From contig JASCQW010000162.1 of the NCBI GenBank assembly GCA_030264375.1, positions 41,521,786-41,585,785 of the forward strand: a DNA stretch of 64,000 bases. The letters are read 5' to 3'. The notes under the pieces were generated by a model. It was not told where the DNA came from and ran no database searches. It was given only the letters and a program-made list of their open reading frames with translations. This document shows positions 36,718-50,441 of the stretch, piece after piece. The stretch comes from Carcharhinus longimanus. Taxonomy: Eukaryota. Position numbers and translations under genes: made by a program. How positions within the stretch are numbered: position 1 is the stretch's first letter; every line of letters begins with the position of its first letter.

Positions 36718-38430
36718 GGGGTGAGCTTACCAAAAAAAATTTAAGTGTCAAACAAGAGAGTTTTGGACGTGTTTTTCTGGCCAGAGGAAAGATAAAATCT
36801 TTTCACATTTAAGAGAAAGAAAATGAAGCAAAGTATGATTTTCGCCATTAGGGCGAGTGGATGGCGTCTATACATGCCGGAAAGCCAACTGCTGACTGCT
36901 AGAGGGTGCTATTGCACATGCGCCTGATCGCCCAATGCACTATGTATAATAATCCAGAGTGCATTGGGTGATTGTCACTTCCCCACTCCCAGGACATTGC
37001 CTCCCCCACACCTCCGATTGCTCTCCTGATCACAATCCTTTCTCCAATTTCCCAGGAGGATAGTGATGAGAAAAATATCAGCCATGATTGAATGGCAGAG
37101 CAGACTCAATGGGCCGAGTGGCCTAATTTTGCTCCTATGTCTTACGGTCTTATGGACAACGTGTTCTAGCTTGAACTGAAAAGTGAGAAATAACTTTTGC
37201 ATCAGGTAATGATTATCTGCAAGGAGCCTAACTACCTTCCAATGATAATCAACAGCATTATTAAGTCCTTTACCATCAAAATCCTGGAGGTTACCATTGA
37301 TTAGAAACAACTGGATTTGTCACTTAAATATTGTTTTTCGAGGCACAAGTCAGTGACTAGTGACTCCCATGGACAAGATAGTAGCCAGGACTGTGATGGA
37401 ATGNNNNNNNNNNNNNNNNNTGATTGCGATTCCAACAACACTCAAGGAGGTCAATATCATCCAGCATCGTGCAACCTGTTAGATTGGCACTCTATCCATT
37501 ACCTTAACCATTTACTCTCTCCATCATTGATGCATAGTGGCAGCAGTGAATGCCATTTATAAAATTTGCTGCAGCAACTTGCCAAGGCTTTGACAGTAGC
37601 AACTTCGAAATCTGTGGCCTCTATTTCTTAGAAGAACAAGGGCAGCAGAAACATCACAACCTACATCAAATTTTTCACCCAAGTCATTTTCTGTCCTGAT
37701 TTGGATATCACCATTCTGCCATCTTTGCTGAGTCAAAACTGTGGAACACCTTACCAAACTGAAGGTTATGAACCAACTCTTTCATTCAGTTAGGGATGGG
37801 TCATGAATGTTGGCCTTGCCAGTGACACCTATACAATGCAATTGAATAAATAAAAGCAAAAAACTTAACTGAAGTAGGAATACAAGCGAAGTTCCAAGAT
37901 GAGTGGGATTATTTTATGTGATGGATCTGATAATATTTCAATAGTCAGCTCCTCTTCAAACTATATTGGGGGGGGACAGTCAGCCTCCCATAGGGAAGGG
38001 GGATGCAGTCTGCAGGTATGGAGTTGGTGGGAGGGATTGTCACTGCTGGGGTGGCTGAAGATTGGGGTGCTTCGGGATGGGGCTGGGGGTTCGGGGCGAG
38101 CCTGGGAATGCTTGTGGGAGCTGCAATCAGACCATGGAGGGGGATCAGGAGCTGCACTGCGGGGATCCTGGGCTGGCCAGTGATCGAGCTGGCCAGCAAA
38201 CTGCAGGCTGAAGGTTCGGGGCCACTGCACATGCGTAGAGGCCCGGAGCTGTCAGTCTCTGGCGTGAGTATTCCCCACCCTACAAGCTTTAAATGATACT
38301 CACGATTGTGGCCTCTGCATTGCACAGTGTGTGGGAGCTTCTAGTGTGGACTCCCACTGAAAAGAAATCATGATTTACACCACTTTCCCTGCAAATTCAG
38401 CACTTAGAATGTTTATGGGAGAATCACCCC
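36718..38430. mobile_element. Non-autonomous DNA transposon with about 30-bp imperfect TIRs and nested LINE fragments
   Basis: Left GGGGTGAGCTTACCAAAAAAAATTTAAGTG versus reverse complement of right end GGGGTGATTCTCCCATAAACATTCTAAGTG. Confidence 0.55.
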
Positions 38431-39200
38431 AGAGAATCTGGTGAATTGGTGCAATGATAATAATCTCTCCCTCAATGTCAGTAAAATGAAGGAAATAGTC
38501 ATTGACTTCAGGGAGCATAGTGGAGGACATGGCTCTGCCCACATCAATGGGGATGAAGTAGAAATGGTCGAGAGTTTTAAGTTTAGGTGTCCAGATCACC
38601 AACAACCTGTCCTGGTCCCTCCATAACGATGCTTTAGTTAAGAAAGCTCACCAATGGCTCTACTTTCTCAGGAGACGAAGGAAATTCAGTATGTCGGCTA
38701 CAACTCTCACCAACTTTTACGATGCACCATAGAAAACATCCTTTCTGGTTATATCACAGCTTGATATGGCTCCTGCTCAGTCTATGACCACAAGAAACTA
38801 CAAAGCATCATGAACGTAGCCCAGTTTATCACACAAACCAGCCTTCCATCTATTGACTCTGTTTACACTTTCTGCTGCCTTGGAAAAATAGCCAGAACAA
38901 TCAAGGACCCCTCGCACCCCAGATATACTCTCTTCTACCTTCTTCTGTGAAGAAAAAGACACAAAAGCTTGAGGTCTTATACCAACTGAGTCAAAAACAG
39001 CTTCTTCCCTACTGCCATTAGATTTTTGAATGGACCTACCTAATATTAAGTTGATCTTTCTCTACACCCTAGCTATGATAGTGACACTACATTCTGAACC
39101 CTCTCCTTTCCTTCTCTATGAACGGAATGCTTTGTTTGTATAGCATGCATGAAACAATATTTTCATTGTACACCAATACATGTGACAATAATAAATCAAA
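38431..39200 (+). mobile_element. Rex1/Babar-clade LINE 3' portion
   Basis: 'NWCNDNNLSLNVSKMKEIVIDFR' RT motif, 'KNSFFPTAIR.LN' terminus, AATAAATCAAATC tail. Confidence 0.85.
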
Positions 39201-40330
39201 TCTCCTGGTTTATAGCTAATTCTGGGGTACCTGTAACTTCTATAGTGAAGACAGTTGCAAAATACCTGTCGATTAATCTGTCATCTCTTTATTTTCTGTT
39301 GTCAGTTCTCCAAGACTCACTTTTTGTAGGACCAAACTGACTTTGTTACCTCTTATTTTATTAAATACTTGTAAAACTTTTCCTACTTGTTTTTATTTTT
39401 CTGCTTAGCTTTCACTCATACTCTATTTTTTCCCCTCCTTTAATTCTCCTTTTCTATTCGTTATATTCCTCATATCCAAATCTTCTGATCTGATACTTGT
39501 CTTTGCATAATTATCTGCTTTTTCTTGAAGTTTGATGTTGGATAGAGCCATGTTCTCTACTATGCTCCTTAAAGTTAATGACTAATTCCTAAATTTTACT
39601 GACATTGAGGGAGAGATTATTGTCATTGCACTAATTCACCAGATTCTCTGGGGTGATTCTCCCATAAATGTTCTAAGTGTAGAATTTGCAGGAAAACTGG
39701 TGTAAATCATGATTGTTTTTTCAGTGGGAGTTCACACTAGAAGCTCCCACACACTGTGCAATGCAGAGGCCACAATGATAATGAGCATCATTAAAAGCTT
39801 GTGGGGTGGGGGATATTCACACCAGAGCTGACAGCTCCAGGCCTCTGCGCATGTGCAGTGATCCCGAACAGTCAGCCTGCAGTTTGCTGACCCATTTCTC
39901 TCTCCCTCAACTGAATATAAAATTCAATCATATTATGGTCGCAGCTATCTAGGGGCACTTTCAGTATGAAATCATTAATTGTTCCCATCTCGTTGCACAA
40001 GAACTACACTAGCATAGTCTTCTCTCTAGCTGGCTCCAGACATGCTGTTCTAAGAAACTACCCTGAAAATTCCTCATCTGGGTTCCCTTTGCCCGTCTGA
40101 CTTTTTCCAGTCTCTGTAAATTAAAATCTCCCATGATTATCACCGTACCTTTCTGACAAGCACGAATTATTTCTTCCTTTACGCTCCAGCCTCCCACATG
40201 GTTACTGTTAGGGGGCCTGTACACAAATCCCACAAGTGATTTCTTACATTTACCATTTCTCATCTCTACCAAAACCGTTTTCACATCCTGGATTTCTGAA
40301 CTTAAGCCCTCTCTCTGTATTATGCTAATA
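39200..40330 (-). mobile_element. CR1 LINE endonuclease-region fragments, interrupted by an inverted duplication (39532-39889)
   Basis: 'LVGFVYRPPNS...VIIMGDFNL' APE-domain motif. Confidence 0.8.
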
Positions 40331-42199
40331 CTATAATTAATTATTAAATAAAAGCAAGGGGATCACAAGAGATAGATGAAAAAATACTGATAATATGCAA
40401 GAAAGTCAAGAGAAAAATTGTGCATTATTAAATGAGGCAAAATAATAGCTTTTCAAGGTATAGTCTGATAGCAGGTGAACATAACAATCATAGCAGGTAA
40501 ATCAACTGAATTTATAAACTTTACACTATTGCATGTTTCTGTGGTTGACTTTTTTTTGAAATGCAGGTAAAAAAAATGATGAATGTTTTGGAACTTTTTG
40601 CCAGCAAATAGTTCTAAATCTTCTTTCAATTATGTGCTCTTCATGTTGAAAACTTCAGAGAAGGAAAGTCAGTATTAAGCTATACTATCAACTTTAGCAA
40701 CCTTATAACATTAAGTCTGACCTTTACACTTCTATTTACAGACCCAGAATTGACAGAACTTAAGAAAGCCAAGCTCTGAGGTAAATTCTAGATCAATCAG
40801 AGTTGATTATATTAAATCATTCTCCTAACTTTTAAAATAGACATTCAACAAATTTATGAATCAACTTACATAACTTCATAATGAGATGTTATCTTGATTA
40901 AGAAATCAAAAAATAAAAATTCTGACCAGCAAAGTTTACGTACAAAATATGAACACATTTGCAATACATTCCTTGGCATGCTATTTTATGTAGTTTAAAT
41001 TAATCTAGTTTATGCCTATAGTGCTCAGTGCAATATGTTCACGCTTTCACATTTAAATGTGAACAATACAGCAGACAGATTTGATGCTATCAGTTTCAAT
41101 ATTCCAAAATCAGATCTATGTAATCTCCAGTGAGATTACATATCTCCAGTTTTTTGCACTGGTAACCTTTTATAGCAAGTGAGTAAGAACCAGCAAAGCT
41201 TTTTTAAACAAAGGTTTATTTGCCAAGACAATTACATCAATGTTGCACATACACAACATGGAAATTGCATTCACCAATTTAAATAAAACACGCACACACA
41301 CACACACATAATATAAATTCAGTGTTAACAAGTTCATCATTGCAACATCAAATTAGTAAATATCTAATGCAACATTTCCATGCAATTCCCAGTGATTTTT
41401 TAATGGGGGTGGGGGTGGTGCTGTTAGGTAGGACAGGGGCAGAACTGCACTCACCTCCGGATTAAGCACTTAGAAAATACAATATTGGCTCTTATAGGTT
41501 AAAGTTATAAAGCACTCTAAGACACTAAAGAAAAATACTACCAAATACGAGTCATTGGAATGTCCTTGAGAGCAGAAAGATATAAAACATTACAATTTTC
41601 CTAAACTATAACAATATTCAAAAACCATATACTATGGTATAACAATATTCCAAAACCATTATAGAAAATTAAGAACAGTTTTCTAGGTGCCTGTTTATTT
41701 TCAGCTAGAATGTTTGTTCAATTCTGGTATTTTTCATTGAGATAAAAGAAATGCTGGAGATCTAACATAAAAGCTGTAACCTCCATTTTGACGCAGGTGC
41801 CGGTGAAATCATTAACTGTTCCTTTCCTTTTACATGTTGACTAACCTGTTTTCAGCATTCTGATTTTCTACCCCAACACATTTCCATTGACCTCTGTTCC
41901 ATTACTTATTAAGGCACAACAAAATATGCCTCGTGCAGTTTTGTGGTATTGTTCTTAACAATGAATGCAGCAATCTAACTTACAGCAAGCAATTCCTCAT
42001 GTTCCTATCCCCTGTAAAGACCAACTGAACAATTCTAAGGCTGTATTCAACAATAGAACACAAGGAAAGCATACATAAATTTCACCTTGTGTTAATTCCG
42101 AGTTAGTTAATATTTCAGATGTTCTGGTATCTAAGCTCAGTCCCAAGTATTATTTGGGCTACCAACACCACATTTCTGATTGTGTTTCTAGCCTGAATA

Positions 42200-42425
42200 A
42201 CATCCCCTAATGCTAATCACGAAGCCCTAACCTTACCCTTGACAGTTTTGCCTTAATTATAACTCTGACACCCTTACCCAATCCCCAAACTTAATCCTAG
42301 ACCCAAATCCTAATCCCAATTCCTATAACTAAACACAAACCCTTAAACAAGTAACATTAACCATTAACATTAACCCAAAATGTAAACCTAATCGAACAAC
42401 CAATCCCTAACCATTAAACCTAAAT
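42200..42425. repeat. Degenerate CCCTAA-like hexamer array
   Basis: Recurrent CCCTAA/CCTTAA/TCCTAA/CATTAA/ACCTAA units with rough 6-nt periodicity. Confidence 0.6.
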
Positions 42426-43521
42426 CAGATTATCAATAGTGTGATGTACGTACAGCTTTCGTATCATTGTGCCATCATTAATGATGCAGGTTACAGTGTT
42501 GTCAATAGACATTCCATGTTTATTTCTAAATATGAATTTTAAAAAATACTTCCGGTTGTATGATTGCACCTGAAATTTTAAATTCCCCTATCCTAGGAAT
42601 ATTAGGATCCAAATAGGATGGGGTGTGTTTGTGTGAGGAAGGGATGGTGAAGGAGTGTGTGGGGAGGGTGCAGAGGAAAACCAGAGTCTGAAAGTGAGAA
42701 GGTTTCGAAACTCAAAGTGGAAAAAATGAACAGGGATCTGAAAGACAGAAGGAGAACCAAGTTCTCAAGGGAAGAGGTGAATGGGGGCATGCAGGAAACA
42801 GGGAAGCTGAGGTTCAAGGGGGAGAAGGGAAAGGATCTCAATGGAAAGAGGCAAACTAGGGCTTTCCATAGGAAATGGTGTGAAAATTACTTTTCACCTG
42901 ATTACTTTAAATAGATTAGTATCTTCATTAAAATAACGGACAGGGGAATTTCATATGAACATGTTAATGCAGTTGTGTATCACAACTTATTTTCACCCAA
43001 TGATTTTTGAAAAATCAACTGTTATGATGCGCACTTGCTGATCCCTCTTCACACGCTTTCTGCTTCAATCACTTTTTAACAAAATTGTTCCATCTGAAGT
43101 GTTGACTGGTGCTCAAACTCACCTGGAGTGTAGTGATTTTACATGTGATTCACAAAAAAATCAAAACAAGTCAAAAGGGCACTGGTGCAGGTGACTGTAT
43201 TCACTAAACAGGGCTGGGAATAAATCTTTTCCAAAATCTAAACACAAAAAGGACAAACTTTGTAACCCAGTGGACAAATACCTATGAAGTAGTCAGGTAA
43301 GCTCACATTCTCAAGTGGGAAAAAAAAATCTGCAACATTACAGAAGTTATAATGTATTTGCCAAACACTCTACATATGGCAAAATTAATTTTGAAGTTTG
43401 GGTATTGAAATTCTTACTGTATTCTCTCATGGTTAGTTGGTATTATTGGCAATTGTACAGCTTATTTAAACCATAAGCAACAAATTGTTTTGTAAATCAC
43501 CAGAGAATTTAAAAAAAATAC

Positions 43522-43647
43522 AAGTGGATTTTACTGCCTCATTCATCCTGATACTGTAAAATCTCGCCTGAGGGCAATGGACCTTTCCACGGCCTGCCCC
43601 TTGCCCGCTCCGACTCTCGTGGCAAGCGGGACAGTAAAATTCGGGCC
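43522..43647. mobile_element. MITE with GGATTTTACTG.C / G.CAGTAAAATTC termini (related copy about 51525-51658)
   Basis: Terminal inverted repeats read directly. Confidence 0.6.
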
Positions 43648-46600
43648 AATGACTTTTTAAAATTTCATTCCAGTGGACCTCATTTTAGAATGGACTATAG
43701 ACTTGACTGTTTTGTGAATGTAGTTGATTGAGATAACCTTAGCAAGTTAGAACATTATCAAACATCTTAAGCCAAGTGCCAAATGACTGCACCACAAAAT
43801 GACAGCGGGGTTTACAATTACAATTTTGCATCCAGTGAGTATTCAATCTCCACTGGGTTGGAGCACTGAGAGGATAGACAGATTGCAGGGTTGAACACTT
43901 TCACAGCAGGAAAACAAGATGGGTATGGGGGAACAAAATGGAGGGGGGAAGACTGCAAAAGCTTCAGCTGTACAGATTCTCATGACTAACACCAGTGTGG
44001 CATCAGCAGAAGTAAATCTCAGGCTGATCAATTGACTCCTTGCTCAGCTGTGCATGGAATACAGAGGAACTATAAATAATAAGAGAAGTGTTCAGACAGA
44101 AAAGGAAGACGGGTGCGGGAAAAGACCAAGTTGTAAAGATGTACATTTGTATTTTTGTGGGACACTGCTGGAACACATGTACAGTGTAGAAATATTCAGA
44201 ATCTGTGTACAAGCAAACTATTTTACAAAACATTTAGTAAATAGGGATACATGAATTCTGTGGTTCCCCTTTCAAGGTTTCAGAGGATAGGACATTACAG
44301 ATTACACCATATATACATTAAATGGAAGAAGGAGGTAAACACTTAATAGAGAAATATTTTAAAAATATTTTACGCAATCCATTCTATTACATATGATTAG
44401 TTTAGTGAATAGGGGCTCCACCAAGATAAGATATTTGACAAAGACCCTTAATAAAGAATTTCTAATCAAAAAGGGAAAAAAGTACTTCATGAATAGGTGC
44501 AAAAATACCAATTCTAATTAGGAAATGACTCCCATTACAAAAAAAAGATATGAGAGCTAAAGGACGCTGCCTGATGCTTATGGTCCCAGGTCATGAGTTG
44601 GATATTATTTATATTCTGTGGCACATCCAATTTGTGCGTCGAAGATCTCATGCCAAAAATAAACCCATTTTTCTTTTTAGTGAACTTGCATTGGTACGCC
44701 ATGGAGGTTAGTGGTATGGTCAAAAGTTAACCGTCTTGCTATGAAACAATGCCTGATTTCAGCTAGTCTCCAATTCCTCATGTTTAGTAGATGGGATTCT
44801 GCAAGTCTAGCACATGCTATTAGTAAGAGGAGATCTTCAGTAACATCCATGCCATTTGAAAAACAACCCACAAGTGATCCAATCAACAGATATGCCATTG
44901 GTATCCAAAATATTCTACTTACACCAAAATGGGCAAATTGTTGCTTGTTTTATTTTCATAATTGTTCCTTTGAGAACCAATGTTCATTTCCCTCAGAAAA
45001 GCATCTGATGATTGGGTAATAACATAAGTATATAACTTCATTCTGGAGACTTCATGGATATAAAGACCTTCATTGCATCTTATATTGTATAAAATGTCAC
45101 TGGAAATATGTGGGATTGTAAAGTCCAGGCTGAGTTGCTGCACCACTGGATGTGTAACCAGACAAAATCTATTCTAAGTCCTGCGTACGAGGTTATCAGC
45201 ATAAAAACGGCAGATGCCTATGCCATTTATAGCAATATATGGGCATCAGCTCTGATAAGGATGGGGACATCAGGTCAGTCTAGCTAAAATTACATTTTTT
45301 ATTACTCCTGTGCGCTCCTTCTTCTTCATTACAGCATTACAGGATCTGGCATTGGAGGCCCAATGTGTAGGTTTCGAATGATAAGTATGCCTGCATCGTG
45401 CAATAGATGGCCTATCTGTACATGAGGTGGAAATGGTGGTATTGCGGAAGAAAAGCACATGCCTGTTTCAAATGGTAAAGCTATAATGAAAGACAAAAAT
45501 GGGTGGAAAAAGCAACAAGACCCCATCAGAATTTTTTTTAACTGGGGAGAAAAAGGGACAAACATCCAGTGAAAATTATTGCCCCAAATTATCCTGCACA
45601 CCAAATTTGTGTGAATTTTGTAACTTTTTGAAATTTGAGTATGAATTTTGGAATTGGGTAGTTTCAAAACAACTTTGGACTGAAGATGATTGGAATTTGT
45701 TGCCACAACTAAATTTAACTGGGGAAACTTCTCTGTTTTGTAGGCAACATTTCTAAGTCAAACCATTAGCATGTAAAATTGGGTCAGTATTTTATTTTCT
45801 GCTCAAACATTTTATTGGGATAGTAGATGACTTGTTTAAAATGGTTTAATGATTGCAAAGAAATTAGGATAGAATTCCTGCATTGTGAACTATCGATGTG
45901 ATTCCTAAACCCACTAAATGTGCACATATACATAATGAAACAAAATGGTCTACTGTTGTATACTGAAAGTTATACTAATGTAATTATGAGCTCTCAGGCA
46001 AATTTGACCTTGTTGTGTTCGAAAATCAATTAAAGCTTCAGCCATTTCTTTTACCTGATCTGAGACAGTCCCAAATACTGAACAGACCACTTATCATGAT
46101 TACTGAGACGTTATGCTCATGGTACTAGCTCTGAACCTTTATTTTTGATTTTGTACTTTCATATGTAGTATCTGCAATGTAACAGATGATTTGTTTTAAA
46201 TCTGGAATGTTAGGTTCAGATCCGTCAAAGACAGTGTAATTTTCTGGTGATTTTACATTGTATGATTTAAGTCTGTGGTTTGATTTGGTGGTTGTTAAGG
46301 CTTCAGGCATTTCAGACTGTTACCTCCAGACGACTTGACAAGTCAGAAAAAGGTCACAGAGACATATTCAGAAACATGATCCAACTATTGAAGGCCAATC
46401 TATATTGTGCTAGTTTCATCTAGGAATGTATAAGACATGAACCTACTTAACTATTCGGCAGTAAATAGCTGGTTAAATTGTTATTCAGGTTTAGATATCA
46501 ATCAATGCACCCATTTGAATAACTAGGGTAGCTTAAAGACAAAATAAAAACAACCATGGTTATAAGCAGAGATTAATAAATAATATCTGACACTGGAGAA

Positions 46601-46655
46601 GATATGGCTGACGAGAACGAAGCTGAGCTGCATCTTCAGTTGGATTTCCTTCTCC

Positions 46656-46672
46656 TCAGGTGCAGAAATAAA
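46656..46672 (-). CDS. VAMP2: Synaptobrevin (VAMP2-like; paralog uncertain) last coding exon: (I)YFCT-stop
   Basis: cttgttgctcctttccag| acceptor, then TT TAT TTC TGC ACC TGA; 17 coding nt, matching the YFST/YFFT terminal exons of VAMP2/VAMP1. Confidence 0.8.
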
Positions 46673-47669
46673 CTGGAAAGGAGCAACAAGAAAGAGTGGA
46701 AAATCAGAGAGCGCGAGTAAACCGGGAAAAAAAGAGAGTTTGGAACTAAGTTTAGCTTCAAAGGACATTACGAACCATCCCAATGCAAGGCAAACCCATG
46801 TTGGGGAGAGACAAAGGCAGGCAGGATCCGATTCTGGGAATCTCACCCTTATGATCATCAAGTGGCATTTTTGAGGGCATGGCATGAGTGTGGGCCAAAA
46901 ACCCCAATGTAGCAATCCTGATGCCTCTATTGTGGAGATGGTGATTTCACACTCCCCTCAATTTTCATGGAGCTGGGCTGGTTTCCAGATGCTTCTGAAG
47001 GAGACATCACTCCTGCCAGCTCCGAACTGTCATGAACCAGGGGGAAGCCATGCTGATCAATTTAAAAGACACTAATTTTTTTTTCAAACAAAACCCTATC
47101 ATTAATTCCTGTATTGAAACCATACTTATCATTCAGCATTACATTACGACATGTTAAATTTATCTGTCAGAAGTTTCCCCAAATCTGGAACAGGTTCACC
47201 TTTTGGTTGACGATCTGAAGTCACCACTCCACAATGGAGCGACTGGTGTTAGGATTGCTGCGTGCAGGCTCACAACCTTATCCTATGCTCTTAAAAATAC
47301 TACACAATGGGAATATAAGAAGTGGGCCCTGAATACCACTCTCTATCCGCCCCCCCACACCCCCTCCCAACTGATGCGGCTTTGTCCCTTATCAAGATGA
47401 CAAAATCTAGATCAGTATGTAACATGTTGCTATTGTAAAAACTTCCATTCAATCATTAAAAACAAAATGGTGAAGTATGCCCATAAAAGGCAGGTTGCTG
47501 CAGTTGACAGCCAAGGGTGCCAATCAATCAAATCTCCAGAGTGAGAACTTCCAATATGGCTACCTTCCGCACTATGTAGGTAGGTCACATCTCAAAGAGG
47601 AATACCAGCTTGGAAAAGATGCCAAATTGAATTGAGGGGCAGAGAGGAAAAGGTCATAAAATTCTAAAA

Positions 47670-49078
47670 AATAGGGACAGGGACAAGCCATTTGGACCAT
47701 CAAACCTGCTCCACCATTCAGTAAGGTCATGGCTGATCTGACTGTGTCCTTAACCCTAATTTCCTGCCTGTCCCCCGTAAGTCAGGACTTCCTTCTCGAT
47801 CAAATATTTGTCCAAATAGCCTTGAATATATTCAATGATCCAGCCTCTACTCCTGTCTGGGGAAGAGAATTCCAAAACCTAATTATCTTCTGAGAGAAGA
47901 AATTCCTCTTCATTGAAAAGAAGGCCCCTTATTTTTAGTGTCTCTCCTGGTTCTAAATTTTCCCACAAGGGGGAACCAACTTCTCAGCATTACTCTGTCC
48001 AGCTCCCCGAGAGTTTTATATGCTCCATTAAGATCACATTCTTCTACAATAGGCTCAATGTAAACCCAACCTACTCAATCTCTGCTCAGAATCACTTCAT
48101 CCCAGGAATTAGCCTACTGAACCTTGTTTGGACTGGGTCCAAGACAAGTAAGGAGACCAGAATGTACACATTACTTCAAGTGTGAGCTCAAAAATGCCCT
48201 GTGCAGTTGTAGCCAGACTTCCTTACTTTTATACTCTATTCCCTTCGCAATAAAGGCCAGCATTGTGTTTACCTTCTCAACTACTTGCTACAACTGCATG
48301 CCAACATTTTGTGATTCACGTACAAGGGCACATTCTGCAATCTCTATCCATTTAAATAGCTTGTTTTTCTATTGTTCATGCCAAAGTGGGCAAGCTCACA
48401 TTTTTTCACATTATACTACAACTGTTAAATATTTGCCCACTTACTTAACTTATTCCTTTGCAACACTTTATATTTCCGTCACAACCTTTTTTTCCTAACT
48501 ATCTTTGCATCACCACCAGATTTGGTTGCAATAAAGTTGGTTCCTTCATCCAAGTCATTAACATAGGTCATAAATAGTTGAGGCCCTAGCACTGATACCT
48601 GCAGTATTCCACTACTTAGAGTTTAACCCAACTCTGTTTCCTGTTAGTTAGCCAATCCTCTACTTATGCTGATATGCCACCATGAGTTCTTATCTTGTGC
48701 ATAAATCTTTTGTGTAGCATCTTATCAAATGCCTTTTGTAAATCCAAATACATAACATCTGCCAGTCCCCTTTTGTTACATCCTCATAGAACTAATAAAT
48801 TTGTCAAACACAATTTTCCTTTCCCAAAACCACATTGACTCTGCCTGATTGTATTGTGATTTTCTAAATGTCCTGCAACTCCTTGATAATGGATTCTAGC
48901 ATTTTCCAAATGTTAGACTAACTGCTTTCTGTCTCATTCCTTTCCTTAATTGTGCTGTTATATTGGAGGTGATCTAAACCTCTGGGACATTAACAAAATC
49001 TCAGTAATTTTGGAAGATTACGACCCTTGCATCCATTATCTCTGCAGCCTCCTCTTTTAAGACCTTAGGATGCAGGCC
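47670..49078 (-). mobile_element. Decayed CR1 LINE in VAMP intron 4
   Basis: Reverse-strand RT motifs (..DLQKAFDK..H, GSVLGPQL) and CR1 3' end near 47690. Confidence 0.8.
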
Positions 49079-49186
49079 AGCTAGTATCACTATGAACTAA
49101 CAGCTATATATGCAGCGAGTATCTGTGAAAGGACAGGAGCTGGATAAGACATACACAGATGGATGAGATTCAGTGTTGCCTTCAAT

Positions 49187-49525
49187 GGCATGATGGCTCA
49201 GTGGTTAGCACTGCTGCCTCACAGTGCCAGAGACCCGGGTTCAATTTTGGCCTTGGGTGATTGTCAATGTGTTTGCATGTTCTCTTCATGTCTGCATGGG
49301 TTTACTATGGGTGCTGTGACTTTCTCCCAGTCCAAGGATGTGTAGATTAGGTGGATTGGCTGTGGTAAATTGCCCCTTAGTGTTCCAAGATGTGTAGGTG
49401 AGGGGTGATCAGTGGGCAAATAACATGGGACTATGGAAATAGGGCCTGAGGTAGATAAAATAAAGTGGGTCAATGCAGGTTTGATGGGCCAAATGGCCTC
49501 CTTCTGAACTCTAGGACTTCTACGA
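49187..49525 (+). mobile_element. HE1/V-SINE
   Basis: Consensus head, V-domain and tail. Confidence 0.88.
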
Positions 49526-50389
49526 TTTTACAAACAACTACTCTCAGACCCAATTCAATTACATGGGGACCCAATCCTCCACCCTCTCTAATAATCATAG
49601 ACTCCAAAATTGCTTTCTGTAATGCTAGAAGTCTTTTGAAATTTCTTTCCCCAGTACTTTTATCGTGTTCAATTATGCACAGAACTTAGTCCCTCCTTCC
49701 AACAGAAATGCACCTTCTTTCCCCCAATTCCCCTTTACTTCAGTAGACTGTCCACTGGTCCCAGACTCCACCATTGGCTTAAGACTCTGGGGCCCTCACC
49801 AAATGCTCCACGATCCGAAGCTCTCACTACCTTTCAGTACTGCCACAACCAGCAGTCACTTCCTCTACAAAACTTTCCCCACACCATAATATCTCAACAT
49901 AGTGCTCCTATAACTGAAGACATGTCACAGTCGAACAACTTTCACAACGTACTGTCCCAATACTCTTGCATTTCAGAACTCTCTTTCCCTATTGCCAGAC
50001 ACAAGGACCTCCAATGTAGGTCATTTAATTTTAACACGCCTACACTGGCCCTAGCACAGTTACGCGTCTGTTGATTACAAGCCTCTGCTGCAGAGAGGTT
50101 GGTTATGACACAATTTTTACATATGATGCCATTTCATTATTACCAGCTTGTTTGGTTTTGTCCATTCCTTAGTATTAATGGATCTCACATGGCACTGCTC
50201 ACAGTGAGTTGAAGGCATCAACATCTGACACTACATAACCTACAAAAAGCTGTCAGGGTCCTAACTGTGTGCTAGGGAAAAAGTAGAACCAAGTGATTTT
50301 ATTCTTCCAAACCTAAATTAGAGCCACAGTGTAAGGCAGTTAATATGAAACATTGCAGAGTTATCATATATTCCAATAAAAATACTTAC

Positions 50390-50441
50390 TTATGATAACG
50401 ATGATAATGAATGCACATATTGCTCCAAGTATAATCATCAT
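50390..50441 (-). CDS. VAMP2: Synaptobrevin transmembrane exon 4 (52 nt, missing from ORF track): MMIILGAICAFIIIVII
   Basis: ttatag| acceptor and |gtaagt donor. Matches VAMP1/2 TM (MMI.LG.ICAII...) and not VAMP3 (MWAI). Confidence 0.9.

Larger units (their letters stand above)
41195..46655 (-). other. Probable long 3' UTR of the synaptobrevin gene (end uncertain; AATAAA candidates near 42518, 41694, 41215)
   Basis: About 5-6 kb downstream of the stop with almost no SINE/LINE insertions, unlike the flanks; minus-strand AATAAA hexamers. Confidence 0.4.

Noticed and set aside
40865-40874. D-box-like CTTACATAAC far upstream of Period
   Set aside because: Imperfect 10-mer, isolated and expected by chance in AT-rich DNA.
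42602-42914. Purine-rich charged ORF of 85 aa
   Set aside because: Low-complexity strand bias in the presumed UTR; no splice context or homology.
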